This document shows, piece after piece, positions 1-8,795 of a stretch of DNA of 64,000 bases; the first letter of the stretch is position 1; every line of letters begins with the position of its first letter. Under the pieces are notes generated by a model. It worked only from the letters and a program-made list of their open reading frames with translations. It made no database searches and had not been told where the DNA came from. The DNA is from an uncultured Actinomycetes bacterium. Lineage in GTDB: Bacteria; Actinomycetota; UBA4738; HRBIN12. The DNA is taken from NCBI GenBank assembly GCA_963766935.1, contig CAVYBY010000008.1, positions 4,683 to 68,682 on the forward strand. The letters are read 5' to 3'. The position numbers and the translations under genes were made by a program.

Positions 1-272
1 GGGCGCTTCAGGGTGACGACGGACGTGACCTCGTCGACCTCCCCCCACGGCACGTGCACGGCGTTCCCGGACAGCCGCGCCGCGATCCGCCCGAGCCGTC
101 CGCGACCCCGCCACGCGTTTCCGCCGACCAGGATCTCGACCACCTCCGGCGCGTCGCCGTCCGGACCGGCGATCTCCAGATCGTCGACCTTCCCGCAGTT
201 GTTGCCGTCGCCGTCGACCACCTGGTGATCGAGGATGCTCAAAGCGATGTCGACCTCGACGACCGGTCTCAT
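1..272 (-). CDS. PRC-barrel domain protein (partial; 3' end runs off the window start)
   Basis: Minus-strand translation from ATG at 272..270 gives MRPVVEVDIALSILDHQVVDGDGNNCGKVDDLEIAGPDGDAPEVVEILVGG..., matching the PRC-barrel fold pattern (V-D-x-D-G-x-x-G-K-V-D-D-l). No stop before position 1, so not listed in the ORF track. Confidence 0.5.
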   Translation of the reverse strand, partial: MRPVVEVDIALSILDHQVVDGDGNNCGKVDDLEIAGPDGDAPEVVEILVGGNAWRGRGRLGRIAARLSGNAVHVPWGEVDEVTSVVTLKR

Positions 273-280
273 GTCCGGGC

Positions 281-1516
281 TCATCCCCGTCCTCCGTGAG
301 TGATCAGCATCAAGGGAACAGCCGCGACCGCGAGCGCGAGGATGAGCAGGAAGTACAGGAGGCCGAGGGCGTTCGCGAGCTTGCCGTTCACCTCCGCACC
401 CATGTACGCGTGGTCGTTGGCGACGAGCAGGATGGGCAGGTAGGTCAAGGGCAGCGCCACAACCGAGAAGATCACCGAGTACTCCGTCAGCTTGACGGGA
501 TCGAATCCGGTCATGACGACCAGGAGCGCCAGGCCGAAGATCGCAAGCCACGACAGGGTGAACCGCGAGGCGTCGGCGGGGCGTTCCTTCTTTCCCCATC
601 GCCAGCCGAAGAACTGGGCCAGGTTGTAGGCGCCGGCGAACGACGTCTCGATGGCCGCTCCGCCGACGGCGAACAGGATGCCAACGAGCGCCAGCAGCAG
701 GCCCGTCTGCCCGAAGACATGCTCGGCGGCCAGCGCCGGCGTGCCCAGGAACTCCGGCGAGATACCTCGTGGCAGGAACAGGACGCCGGCAACGATCATC
801 AGCGCGAAGGACAAAGTGCCGCCGAGCGCATAGCCGATCGTCGCCGTCACCTTGTTCAGCCCGAGATCCCCCAGACCCCATTGGTCCTCGACCGCGCCCG
901 AGGAATAGAAGTAGACCTCGTACGGAGTCATCGCGGCCCCGAAGAGTCCGACCACGAAGTACAGGTAGACCGGCACGGTGCCGCCGGCGTGGGACCCGGG
1001 GATGAAGCCGTGCGCTACCTGACCCCAATCGGGATGGAGCTTGATCGCGGCGACGGCAAAGACCAGCAAACACAGTCCGCCGTAGCCGAAGACTCGCTCG
1101 ATCCACCTGAAGGGCAGCACCCATGAGCTGAGGATCAGACCCACGACCGCGAACGGGATCAGCAGGCGGTAAGGAATACCCGAGAGGAGCTTGAGGCAGA
1201 TCGCGGCGCCGCCGATCTCGGCCGCGCATGTCATCAAGTTGACGACCTCCGAAGCGATCAACGTGGTCAACCCCGCGCCGAATCCGGTCCGCTCGCGGAC
1301 CAGATCGAACACCGGGCGCTTGGCGACCGCCGAGACGCGCCCGCACATCTCGGAGTAGACGATGATCCCGATGACTCCGATCACGACGACCCACAACAGC
1401 TGGAAACCGAACCTCGCTCCGGCCTGAGTGTTGAAGACCAGATCCCCGATGTCTACGAACCCGCCGATGGCCGAGAAGATGCCGAGCGCGATCGCAAGGA
1501 TCTTCCTCGGGCTCAT
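281..1516 (-). CDS. mntH: NRAMP family divalent metal (Mn2+/Fe2+) transporter
   Basis: 411-aa polytopic membrane ORF. N-terminus MSPRKILAIALGIFSAIGGFVDIGDLVFNTQAGARFGFQLLW fits the NRAMP/MntH TM1 consensus. ATGA overlap with the upstream lipoprotein gene (stop 1513..1515, start 1516). Confidence 0.8.
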   Translation of the reverse strand: MSPRKILAIALGIFSAIGGFVDIGDLVFNTQAGARFGFQLLWVVVIGVIGIIVYSEMCGRVSAVAKRPVFDLVRERTGFGAGLTTLIASEVVNLMTCAAEIGGAAICLKLLSGIPYRLLIPFAVVGLILSSWVLPFRWIERVFGYGGLCLLVFAVAAIKLHPDWGQVAHGFIPGSHAGGTVPVYLYFVVGLFGAAMTPYEVYFYSSGAVEDQWGLGDLGLNKVTATIGYALGGTLSFALMIVAGVLFLPRGISPEFLGTPALAAEHVFGQTGLLLALVGILFAVGGAAIETSFAGAYNLAQFFGWRWGKKERPADASRFTLSWLAIFGLALLVVMTGFDPVKLTEYSVIFSVVALPLTYLPILLVANDHAYMGAEVNGKLANALGLLYFLLILALAVAAVPLMLITHGGRG

Positions 1517-2007
1517 GTGAGCCCGTCGCCGATCGTCTTGCTCGCATCGGCGGCCGCCTGGAGATCACGAGCCAGCGAACGTTGCCGGTCCGGGGACGCG
1601 CTGCTCAGGCGTTCGAGGTCGGCGGCGATCGTCCCGGCGAGACCCGCCAGCTTGTTCAGCGCCGGCTCCAGCGCCGGATCGGTCGTTGCCGCCTCAAGCG
1701 TGATTTCGGCCTGCGAGGCGGCGCCGGCGAGATCGGTGGATTGCTGCCGGATGTAGACGCGCGTCGTCCGGCCGGAGGCGGCGTCCATGGCCAGGAGAGC
1801 CCCCTCCGCGGCCTGGGATCGCAGCGACTCCGACTGATCGGAGAGCGCCTTCGCATCCAGCCGTCCGCCGCCGCCACAGCCCGCGGCGACGAAGGCCAGG
1901 GTCACCACCGAGCCGAGCGCGAGCCTCAGGCGCAAAGGAATCCGCCACCCACGGCGGCACAACTTACTATCGGAAGACTCGGCGAGAGGTGACAGAGGAG
2001 ATGGCAT
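1513..2007 (-). CDS. hypothetical lipoprotein (signal peptide plus AAGC lipobox)
   Basis: 164-aa ORF with ...LALGSVVTLAFVAAGCGGGG lipobox followed by an Ala/Leu-rich soluble domain. Translationally coupled to the NRAMP gene. Start codon uncertain: the listed ATG overlaps the divergent DUF2461 start by 19 nt. Confidence 0.45.
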   Translation of the reverse strand: MPSPLSPLAESSDSKLCRRGWRIPLRLRLALGSVVTLAFVAAGCGGGGRLDAKALSDQSESLRSQAAEGALLAMDAASGRTTRVYIRQQSTDLAGAASQAEITLEAATTDPALEPALNKLAGLAGTIAADLERLSSASPDRQRSLARDLQAAADASKTIGDGLT

Positions 2008-2621
2008 TTCGTGGCTGGCCGGCCGAGGCGCTCGAGTTCTTCGAGGGTCTCGAGGCCGACAACTCCAAGGACTTCTGGCAAAAGCACAAGGCGGTCTACG
2101 AGACGATCGTTCGCGGCCCCATGGAGGAGCTGCTCGCCGAGCTCGAGCCCGACTGGGGCGAGAGCAAGATCTTCCGCCCGTATCGCGACGTCCGGTTCAG
2201 CCGCGACAAGTCCCCGTACAAGACCCAGATCGGCGCGATCGCCGGCGACGGCTACATCCAGCTGAACGCGGACGCGCTGGCCGCCGGCTCGGGGATGTGG
2301 GAGATGACGCCGGATCAGCTCGACCGGTACCGGCAGGCGGTGGCCGACGACGAAACGGGGGCGAAGCTGGCGAAGATCGTCGCGAAGACGAAAGCCGGCG
2401 GGGCCCAGACGATGGCTCACGGCGAGCTGAAGACCGCGCCGAAGGGCTATCCCAAGGACCATCCCCGCATCGACCTGCTGCGGTACAAGGGCCTCATCGT
2501 GTGGCAGGAGTGGCCGGCCGGCGCGTGGCTCGGAACGCGCCGGGCCAAGGACCGCATCGTGAAGCTCTTCACGTTGTCCAAGCCGGTCAACGAATGGCTG
2601 CGTGCGAACGTCGGGGGCTGA
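1989..2621 (+). CDS. DUF2461 (TIGR02453) family protein
   Basis: 210-aa ORF. EALEFFEGLEADNSKDFWQKHKAVYE ... FRPYRDVRFSRDKSPYKTQIG ... LKTAPKGYPKDHPRIDLLRYKG is the characteristic conserved sequence of the TIGR02453/DUF2461 family. Confidence 0.8.
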   Translation: MTEEMAFRGWPAEALEFFEGLEADNSKDFWQKHKAVYETIVRGPMEELLAELEPDWGESKIFRPYRDVRFSRDKSPYKTQIGAIAGDGYIQLNADALAAGSGMWEMTPDQLDRYRQAVADDETGAKLAKIVAKTKAGGAQTMAHGELKTAPKGYPKDHPRIDLLRYKGLIVWQEWPAGAWLGTRRAKDRIVKLFTLSKPVNEWLRANVGG

Positions 2622-2627
2622 GGCGCT

Positions 2628-3524
2628 TCAGGACTCGGGGGCGCCGAGACGCCGCAACGCGTCGGCCGACGGGATCACGTAATACGCGCCGGTGAGCGGC
2701 TTGCTCATGAAGGTGAGGGCGTCGCGCACGCCTTCGGTCAGGCCGGCCATGCTCTGGAGCATCTGCGCCAGCCGGCCCTGCTCCGCGCTGAAGCCGACGA
2801 ACATCGTGCCGTGGTCGGTCGCCGTCCCGTACGGGAGGTTCCGGCGGAAGATCTTGCCAAACGAGTCCTGGTCGGTCCGCTCGACGTGCGAGTCCGTCGC
2901 CTTGTCCTCCAGCTCGATGCTTCCCGGCTTCGTGCGGCCCATCGCCCGTTCTTGGTCCTCGACCGACATCGACTCCCACACCGCGGCGTCGTGCGGCCAC
3001 TTCTGAAGCAGCAGGACGCTGCCGCCGGCGCCCGCGCTGCCCTCGGGAACCAGGGCCACCTCCGTCGCCTCGACGAGCGTCGGGTTCTCGGTTCCGTCCT
3101 CGAAGCCGGTCAGGTCGCGGTCGTGGTGATAGGGCCAGCCGACCGTCTCGTCGCCGACCGACGCGAGCGCGCGCAGCGCGGCGATGACGTCGCGGGACAT
3201 GTCGAAGACCACGTCGTAGGAACTGCCGGAGATCCACAGCACCGCGTCGTGCTGCGTCGCCGGCATCACGTAGTCATCGATCCCGACCAGGTCGTGGTTG
3301 AACCCCTCGACGTTTTCGGGCGCGCCGTCCGGCACGACCGCGCGCCAGAGCTCGGGACGGAACCCGCAGACGAGATTGACGCCGCCGATCGTCGTCCGGG
3401 GCTCCCGAAGCGAGGCCACCGAGGCCACCAGAGCGGCTTGATCCATACCGGGAAGAAGATCGAACTCCAGATACGCGTGCGAACCGGTCCCGAGCGCGAA
3501 GATTCCGTTCTGTGAGGCGACCAT
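2628..3524 (-). CDS. Dyp-type peroxidase family protein
   Basis: Sequence from the internal Met, MVASQNGIFALGTGSHAYLEFDL...GGVNLVCGFRPELW...FVGFSAEQGRLAQMLQSM, matches the Dyp peroxidase N-terminal and distal motifs. ATG at 3524 chosen because the Dyp family starts with the GIFALGT...LEFDL block. Confidence 0.75.
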   Translation of the reverse strand: MVASQNGIFALGTGSHAYLEFDLLPGMDQAALVASVASLREPRTTIGGVNLVCGFRPELWRAVVPDGAPENVEGFNHDLVGIDDYVMPATQHDAVLWISGSSYDVVFDMSRDVIAALRALASVGDETVGWPYHHDRDLTGFEDGTENPTLVEATEVALVPEGSAGAGGSVLLLQKWPHDAAVWESMSVEDQERAMGRTKPGSIELEDKATDSHVERTDQDSFGKIFRRNLPYGTATDHGTMFVGFSAEQGRLAQMLQSMAGLTEGVRDALTFMSKPLTGAYYVIPSADALRRLGAPES

Positions 3525-3546
3525 CCGAGGATGATAGGAGGAACGC

Positions 3547-4202
3547 GTGGCCAGGATCGTGGATCTCAGCCATCCGATCGTGGCCGGCATGGTCACGTAC
3601 CCGGGTCTTCCCGGACCCGAGATCACGGATCACCTGACCCGGGAGGACTCGAGGGAGCACTACGCGCCCGGTACCGAGTTCCACATCGGGCGGATCTCGA
3701 TGGTGGCCAACACGGGGACGTATCTCGACACGCCGTTTCACCGCTACGCCGGCGGGGACGACCTGGCGACGACGCCGCTGGAACGGATGGTGGAGCTCGA
3801 CGCCATCGTGGTGGACGCTACGGAGCTGCCGGCCATCGACGTCGAGCTTCTCGACGGACTCCACGTGGCGAGACGCGCCGTGCTCCTTCGCACCGATTGG
3901 TCGCGGCACTGGGGCACCGAGGCGTACTTCACCGATCACCCCTATCTGACCGAGGACGCCGCCGAGATGCTGGCCGAACGCGGAGCCGCCTTGGTGGGGA
4001 TCGACTCGCTGAACATCGACCCGACGGCCGACGGCCGACGGCCCGCTCACACCGCGCTGCTCGCCGCGAGGATCCCGATCGTCGAGCACCTCTGCAACCT
4101 GGATCGGCTCCCCCCGACCGCTTCCGGTTCACGGCGGCGCCTCCCGCGGTCGTGGGCTTCGGCACGTTCCCGGTGCGGGCCTATGCCGTCCTCGATCCCT
4201 GA
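3547..4202 (+). CDS. cyclase family protein (kynurenine formamidase-like, PF04199), interrupted by a +/-1 frameshift in a C6 homopolymer near 4108-4113
   Basis: GTG start 5 nt after AGGAGG. Frame 1 reads MARIVDLSHPIVAGMVTYPGLPGPEI...HTALLAARIPIVEHLCNLDRLPP. The conserved C-terminus DRFRFTAAPPAVVGFGTFPVRAYAVLDP* continues in another frame (ORF 3531..4202). One extra C in the ggctcccccc run would restore a single ORF. Confidence 0.7.
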
Positions 4203-4307
4203 GCGGCCGGGGAAATTCCGCTCCCATGTGTCGATCTGCCCTCCGATGGTTCGTCGTTGGGGTAAAGGCGCGGAACCAGCCGCGCCGGGACCGAATGGGA
4301 GGGCAGG

Positions 4308-4658
4308 ATGAAGTTCGCGCTCTTGATCTACGGGGACGAGAAGATGGCGGCGGAAGCCACGCCGGATCAGGTGAAGGCGGAGGGCGACCGGTACGAGGTG
4401 TTCACGAACTCGATCGTGGCCAGCGGGAACTTCCTCGACGGGGACCCGTTCTACCCGACGGCCGGCGCCACCACCGTCGAGGTTCGAGACGGCAAGGCCC
4501 AGACGAAGCCCGGGCCGGCGGATCCGGTCAACCTTCAGCTGAGCGCCTACTACAAGGTCTCGGCCGAGAGCCGCGAGGAGGCCGAAGAGATGGCTTCCCG
4601 CATTCCCGGCGCGCAGTACGGCACGATCGAGGTCCGGCAGGTCGTCGAGTTCGACTGA
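4308..4658 (+). CDS. YciI-like / DGPF domain protein
   Basis: 116-aa ORF MKFALLIYGDEKMAAEATPDQVKAEGDRYEVFTN...DGDPFYP...EEAEEMASRIPGAQYGTIEVRQVVEF, typical of the YCII-related family. GGGAGGG RBS upstream. Confidence 0.8.
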   Translation: MKFALLIYGDEKMAAEATPDQVKAEGDRYEVFTNSIVASGNFLDGDPFYPTAGATTVEVRDGKAQTKPGPADPVNLQLSAYYKVSAESREEAEEMASRIPGAQYGTIEVRQVVEFD

Positions 4659-4677
4659 ATGGTGGCCGGGCCGGCGT

Positions 4678-5847
4678 TCAGCGGCTGACCGGAGCGCCGG
4701 CAAGCGCCGCGATCACGCCGACGACGCCGGCGCCGACGAGCCCGGCCACCACCCCTTTTCGGAACGCGAGCAACCAGACCGCCGCCAGCCCGAGGATCCC
4801 GAGCTGCCACAGGTGCGCGAGCGCGAGCCCGAGCGGGATGGCCGCACCGGCGATCGCGCCGATGGCGGCCGCGCCGGCGCCGGTCAGGAACGCTTGGACG
4901 CGTTCGCTGGCGCGCAGACCGGTCGAAGTGCGGACCGCCGCCCAGGACGAACACGAACGAGGGAGCAAACGCGACGAGGGCGGCGAGCAGGCCGCCGCCG
5001 ATCCCGGCGGCCGCGTAACCGACGACGGCCACGGTCTGGACGACGGGGCCCGGGGTGATCTGACCGAGGGCGACGGCGTTGAGGAACTGCGCGTCGCTCA
5101 TCCAGTGATATGTGGTGACCGCGTCGTGCTGCATCAACGGGATGATCACGAAACCGCCCCCGTACGAGAGCGCCCCGACCTTGAAGGCGACCCAGGCGAG
5201 CGCGGCCAGCCCGCCGGCCGCGATGGGAACGGCGAACGGTGCGAACAAGGCAGGCGGCCGGAGCTTGGAGACCGACCCCGGGCGCGAGGCGACGACCTCG
5301 AACACGCCGCACACGACCAACACGAGCACCAGGAAGGGGCCGACGACGGCCGCCGCGACGCCCCCCGCGATGAAATAGGCGAGCCAGCGAGCCCGATTGG
5401 CCCGGCGGCCCTGGCTCCGGCGCCAGCCGGCGGGTGCGAGACCGAGCGCCGCGTGAACCGCGACGACCGGCACGGCGGCGCCCGCCCCGCGGCGGCGCCG
5501 CGAACCCACAACGGCGGGTCCGAGGCGAGGAACAGAATCGAGAGCGCCAGAATGACGACGAGACCCGGGACGATGAAGCACAGGCCGCCGATGATCGCGC
5601 CGACCGGGCCGCGCAGACGCCAGGCGCAGTAGATGGCGAGCTGGGTCGAAGCCGGGCCCGGAAGCAGGTTGGTGGCGGCGATGCCGTCCTCGAACTCCCG
5701 GTCGGAGAGCCAGCCCTGCTGCTCGACGCAGAGCGTTCGCAGCAGCGCGATGTGGGCCGGCGGGCCGCCGAACCCGGTGACGCCGATGCGCCCCCACTCC
5801 CGGGCGATCGTTCCGAGGCGAACGGTACCGGCGGGGCGCTCGTGCAC
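4678..5847 (-). CDS. chrA: chromate transporter ChrA, split over three frames by two frameshifts
   Basis: N-terminal ChrA domain (MHERPAGTVRLGTIAREWGRIGVTGFGGPPAHIALLR...LWVRGAAAG) in ORF 5146..5847. Middle (WLAYFIAGGVAAAVVGPF...KVGALSYGGGFVIIPLMQHDAV...FVLGGGPHFDRS) in the 4550..5920 frame. C-terminus (RASERVQAFLTGAGAAAIGAIAGAAIPLGLALA...) in ORF 4678..4968. Shifts near ~5450 and ~4925. Confidence 0.7.
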
Positions 5848-5879
5848 GGCCGGAGCCTAGTGCCCGAGCTCTGCCGTGC

Positions 5880-6394
5880 TCAGCTCTCGAACGCGGGCGC
5901 GAGCTCGGCGCCCCAGCCACCGGCCCGGTCGAGCTGACCCTCGACGAGGTCGTTGGCCGGCGTCACGAGGAAGCTCTCGACCGCCGTGACACGGTATCCG
6001 CTTCGATCGAGCCGCCGGGCGATGCCCTTGGCCGCGGATCCCGTGAGGAATGCGGGCTTGTCGAGCCGGGTGCTCGAAGGCGGCGGCGTGCCGTCCCGCC
6101 CCGGCCGGCACGGAAACCAGCCACTCGCGAAGCCCCGGAGCAACCGTTGGTTCCGGATATGCGTTCTTCTTGTCGGCGGCCGCCGTTTTCCGGGTGCTCG
6201 CGCGGCTCATTCCGTGCACGTGCGTCGGGCCCCCGACGACGAGCAGATCGACGCCCCCGGCCTCGGCCGGTTCGATCTTCGAGACGGGGCCGGCCTCGAC
6301 CTCGACTCCCCGCCCGCGGATGGCCGCCGCGATCGCCTCGCCGACGGTCGCGGTGTTGCCGTAGAGCGATTCATAGACGAACCAGCGCTTTCAT
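5880..6394 (-). CDS. flavodoxin-like fold family protein, two frameshifts
   Basis: Manual minus-strand translation gives MKALV / VYESLYGNTATVGEAIAAAIRGRGVEVEAGPV...DLLVVGGPTHVHGMS...REWLVSVPAGAGRHAAAF / TRLDKPAFLTGSAAKGIARRLDRSGYRVTAVESFLV. One extra nt after codon 5 (ggttcgtc) and one near 6020 (ttcgagcaccc). GAGGAGG RBS 8 nt upstream of the ATG at 6394. Confidence 0.6.
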
Positions 6395-6486
6395 CTCGGA
6401 CGCCTCCTCACGTTCGGACTCCATGCTCGCCGTGCGGCGGCGGCCACGCAGGGGCCGGAGGTCCCGGTTCCTGCGGGATTGGGAAC

Positions 6487-7762
6487 ATGCTGCGCATTCG
6501 ACCGAAAGGTGCTCGCGGGGTGAGCCAGCAAGCCGTCTTGCTGGCCGGCGTTCTCCTCGTCTCTTCCTGCTCGAGCGGTTCGACGCCGGCGCCCAGCGCA
6601 CGGGCCACCTCGCCGGCCGTGTCCTCGCCGTCGCCACCCCCCTCCGCCCCGACCGGTCGCTTCGACCCCGGCGCGGTCAGCCTGGCTCTGCGCCCCGTCG
6701 TCTCCGGCCTCGATTCCCCGTTGCTCGTGACCAACGCCGGTGACGGGAGCGGCCGTCTGTTCGTCGTCGAGCGGCCCGGGCGCATCCTCGAGATCGGCCC
6801 CACCTCCAGCACGCCGAGCACCTTCCTCGACATCTCCGGCCGGATCGCCTCGGGCGGCGAACAGGGCCTGCTCGGCCTCGCCTTCCACCCGGACTACGCC
6901 TCGAACGGCCGGTTCTTCGTCGACTACACCGACACGAACGGCGACACCGTCGTGGCCGAGTACCACGTCTCCGCCGGCGACCCCGACCGCGCCGACCCGG
7001 ACTCCGAGCGCGGTCTGTTCGGCATCGACCAGCCCTTCTCGAACCACAACGGCGGCGGGCTCGCCTTCGGGCCCGACGGCTTCCTCTACGTGGCCACGGG
7101 CGACGGCGGCAGCGAGGGCGACCCCGACGGCAACGGCCAGAGGCTCGACACGCTCCTCGGCAAGATGCTGCGGATCGACGTCGACTCGCGAACCGGCGGC
7201 CGCGACTACGGCATCCCGCCGGACAACCCGTTCGCCGGCCGCGCCGATGCCCGGCCCGAGATCTGGGCGTACGGGCTGCGCAACCCGTGGCGCTTCAGCT
7301 TCGATCGGGTCACCGGCGATCTGTGGATCGGCGACGTCGGCCAGAACGCCTTCGAGGAGATCGACCACGTCGCCGAGCACGAAGGCCGGCGTGAACTACG
7401 GCTGGAAGCGGACCGAGGGGTTCGCCTGCTACGACCCGCAGCGGAGGTGCGACCGCGCGGGCCTGACCGACCCGGTCGCCGTGTACGACCACACGCAGGG
7501 GTGCGCGGTGATCGGCGGGTTCGTGTACCGCGGCACGCGCTGGCCGGAGCTTCAGGGCGCGTATCTCTACTCCGACAGCTGCAGCGGCACGATCTGGGGA
7601 TTCGACGCGAAGGGCGCGAACCCGAAACCGGCCGTCCTGCTGCAGACGAACCGCTCGATCAGCTCGTTCGGAGAAGACGATGCCGGCGAGCTCTACGTCA
7701 CCGACCTGACCGGCGGCGAGCTGCTCCGGATCGTCGCCCCTGGGATAGGTTCTGGCCGATGA
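6487..7762 (+). CDS. PQQ-dependent sugar dehydrogenase (soluble glucose/sorbosone dehydrogenase family, PF07995) lipoprotein, one frameshift near 7380
   Basis: MLRIRPKGARGVSQQAVLLAGVLLVSSCSS signal/lipobox, then GRLFVVERPGRILEIG...EQGLLGLAFHPDY...HNGGGLAFGPDGFLYVATGDGG...YGLRNPWRFSFD...GDLWIGDVGQNAFEEIDHV. C-terminus (AGVNYGWKRTEGFACYDP...GFVYRGTRWPELQGAYLYSD...LRIVAP) continues in the 6740..7762 frame. Confidence 0.75.
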
Positions 7763-8373
7763 GCACCGGCAGAGTGGAGACGTTCGCCGACGGCGTGCTT
7801 GCCATCGCCGCGACGCTGCTGATCCTGAACGTCGACTCGCAGATCCGGGCGACCGACCATCTGGCCCGGGACCTCTTGCAGATCTGGCCCTCCTACGTCG
7901 CCTTCGCGGTCAGCTTCCTCACGATCGGCATCATCTGGGCCAACCACCACACCTTCATGCACCAGATCGAGCGCGCCGACCGGACCTTCCTGATCCTCAC
8001 CGTTCTGTTCCTTCTGTGCATCTCGTTCATCCCGTTCCCCACAAGGCTCGTCGCCGAGCACATCCGCGACGAGGGTGCCCGCGCGGCGACTGTCCTGTAC
8101 GGGATCACGCTCACACTGACGGCGGTCATGTTCAACGTGGTCTGGCTCTACGCCTCGGTCGGCCGGCGACTGCTCCGGGAGGATGCGGACCCAAAGGTCG
8201 TCGGCGGGATCACGAGGAGCTACCGGTTGGGGCCCATCTCGTATCTCGCCGTCACGATCGTTGCGCTCGTGCACCCGATCGTCGGCGTCGCGCTGCTCGG
8301 ACTCGTCGACCTCTCATGGGTGATCGACAGCGCGGTGTTCGCGCCGCGCGATCGCGCGACGAGCGAACCCTGA
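7760..8373 (+). CDS. DUF1211 (TMEM175-like) membrane protein
   Basis: ATGA overlap with the GSDH stop. MSTGRVETFADGVLAIAATLLILNV...FLTIGIIWANHHTFMHQIERADRTFLILTVLFLLCISFIPFPTRL matches the DUF1211 / TMEM175 potassium-channel-like family (FSD motif-type helix 1). Confidence 0.75.
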
Positions 8374-8374
8374 G

Positions 8375-8785
8375 ATGGATCGGCAACCCGACACCTGGAC
8401 CGGCCCGGCGGCCCGCGCCGTCATCGTGCTGCTGCGCGGGCTGCGCCGGCGCTGTCCCCGCTGCGGGGAGCGCAAGATCTTCCGCTCGTGGTACGGGATC
8501 AAGTCCCTCTGCCCTCGCTGCGGTCTTCGCTTCGAGAAGGAGGAGGGCGGCTTCGTCGGCGCCATGACGGTGAACTACCTGGTCACGACCGGCCTGTGGG
8601 TCGTGATGCTCATCATCTGGCTGATCTTCACGGTCCCGGACGTCCCCGTCGCCGCGATCCTGCTCTCGAGCATCGTGCTCATGGTGACCGTGCCGCTGGT
8701 CTTCTACCCGCGCTCGAAGACGATCTGGGCGTCCTTCGAGTACCTGATCGCGAGGAGCGCTGCGGCAAAGGACCTGATGAACTAG
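8375..8785 (+). CDS. DUF983 family protein (zinc-ribbon plus two TM helices)
   Basis: 136-aa ORF with CPRCGERKIFRSWYGIKSLCPRCGLRFEKEEGGFVGAMTVNYLVT, a typical DUF983 architecture. Confidence 0.7.
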   Translation: MDRQPDTWTGPAARAVIVLLRGLRRRCPRCGERKIFRSWYGIKSLCPRCGLRFEKEEGGFVGAMTVNYLVTTGLWVVMLIIWLIFTVPDVPVAAILLSSIVLMVTVPLVFYPRSKTIWASFEYLIARSAAAKDLMN

Positions 8786-8795
8786 CCTCGTCATC

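Noticed and set aside
5953-6486. N-terminal 178 aa of the 806-aa plus ORF
   Set aside because: Overlaps the minus-strand flavodoxin-like gene in antisense. The real sugar-dehydrogenase gene begins at the ATG at 6487, with its signal peptide.
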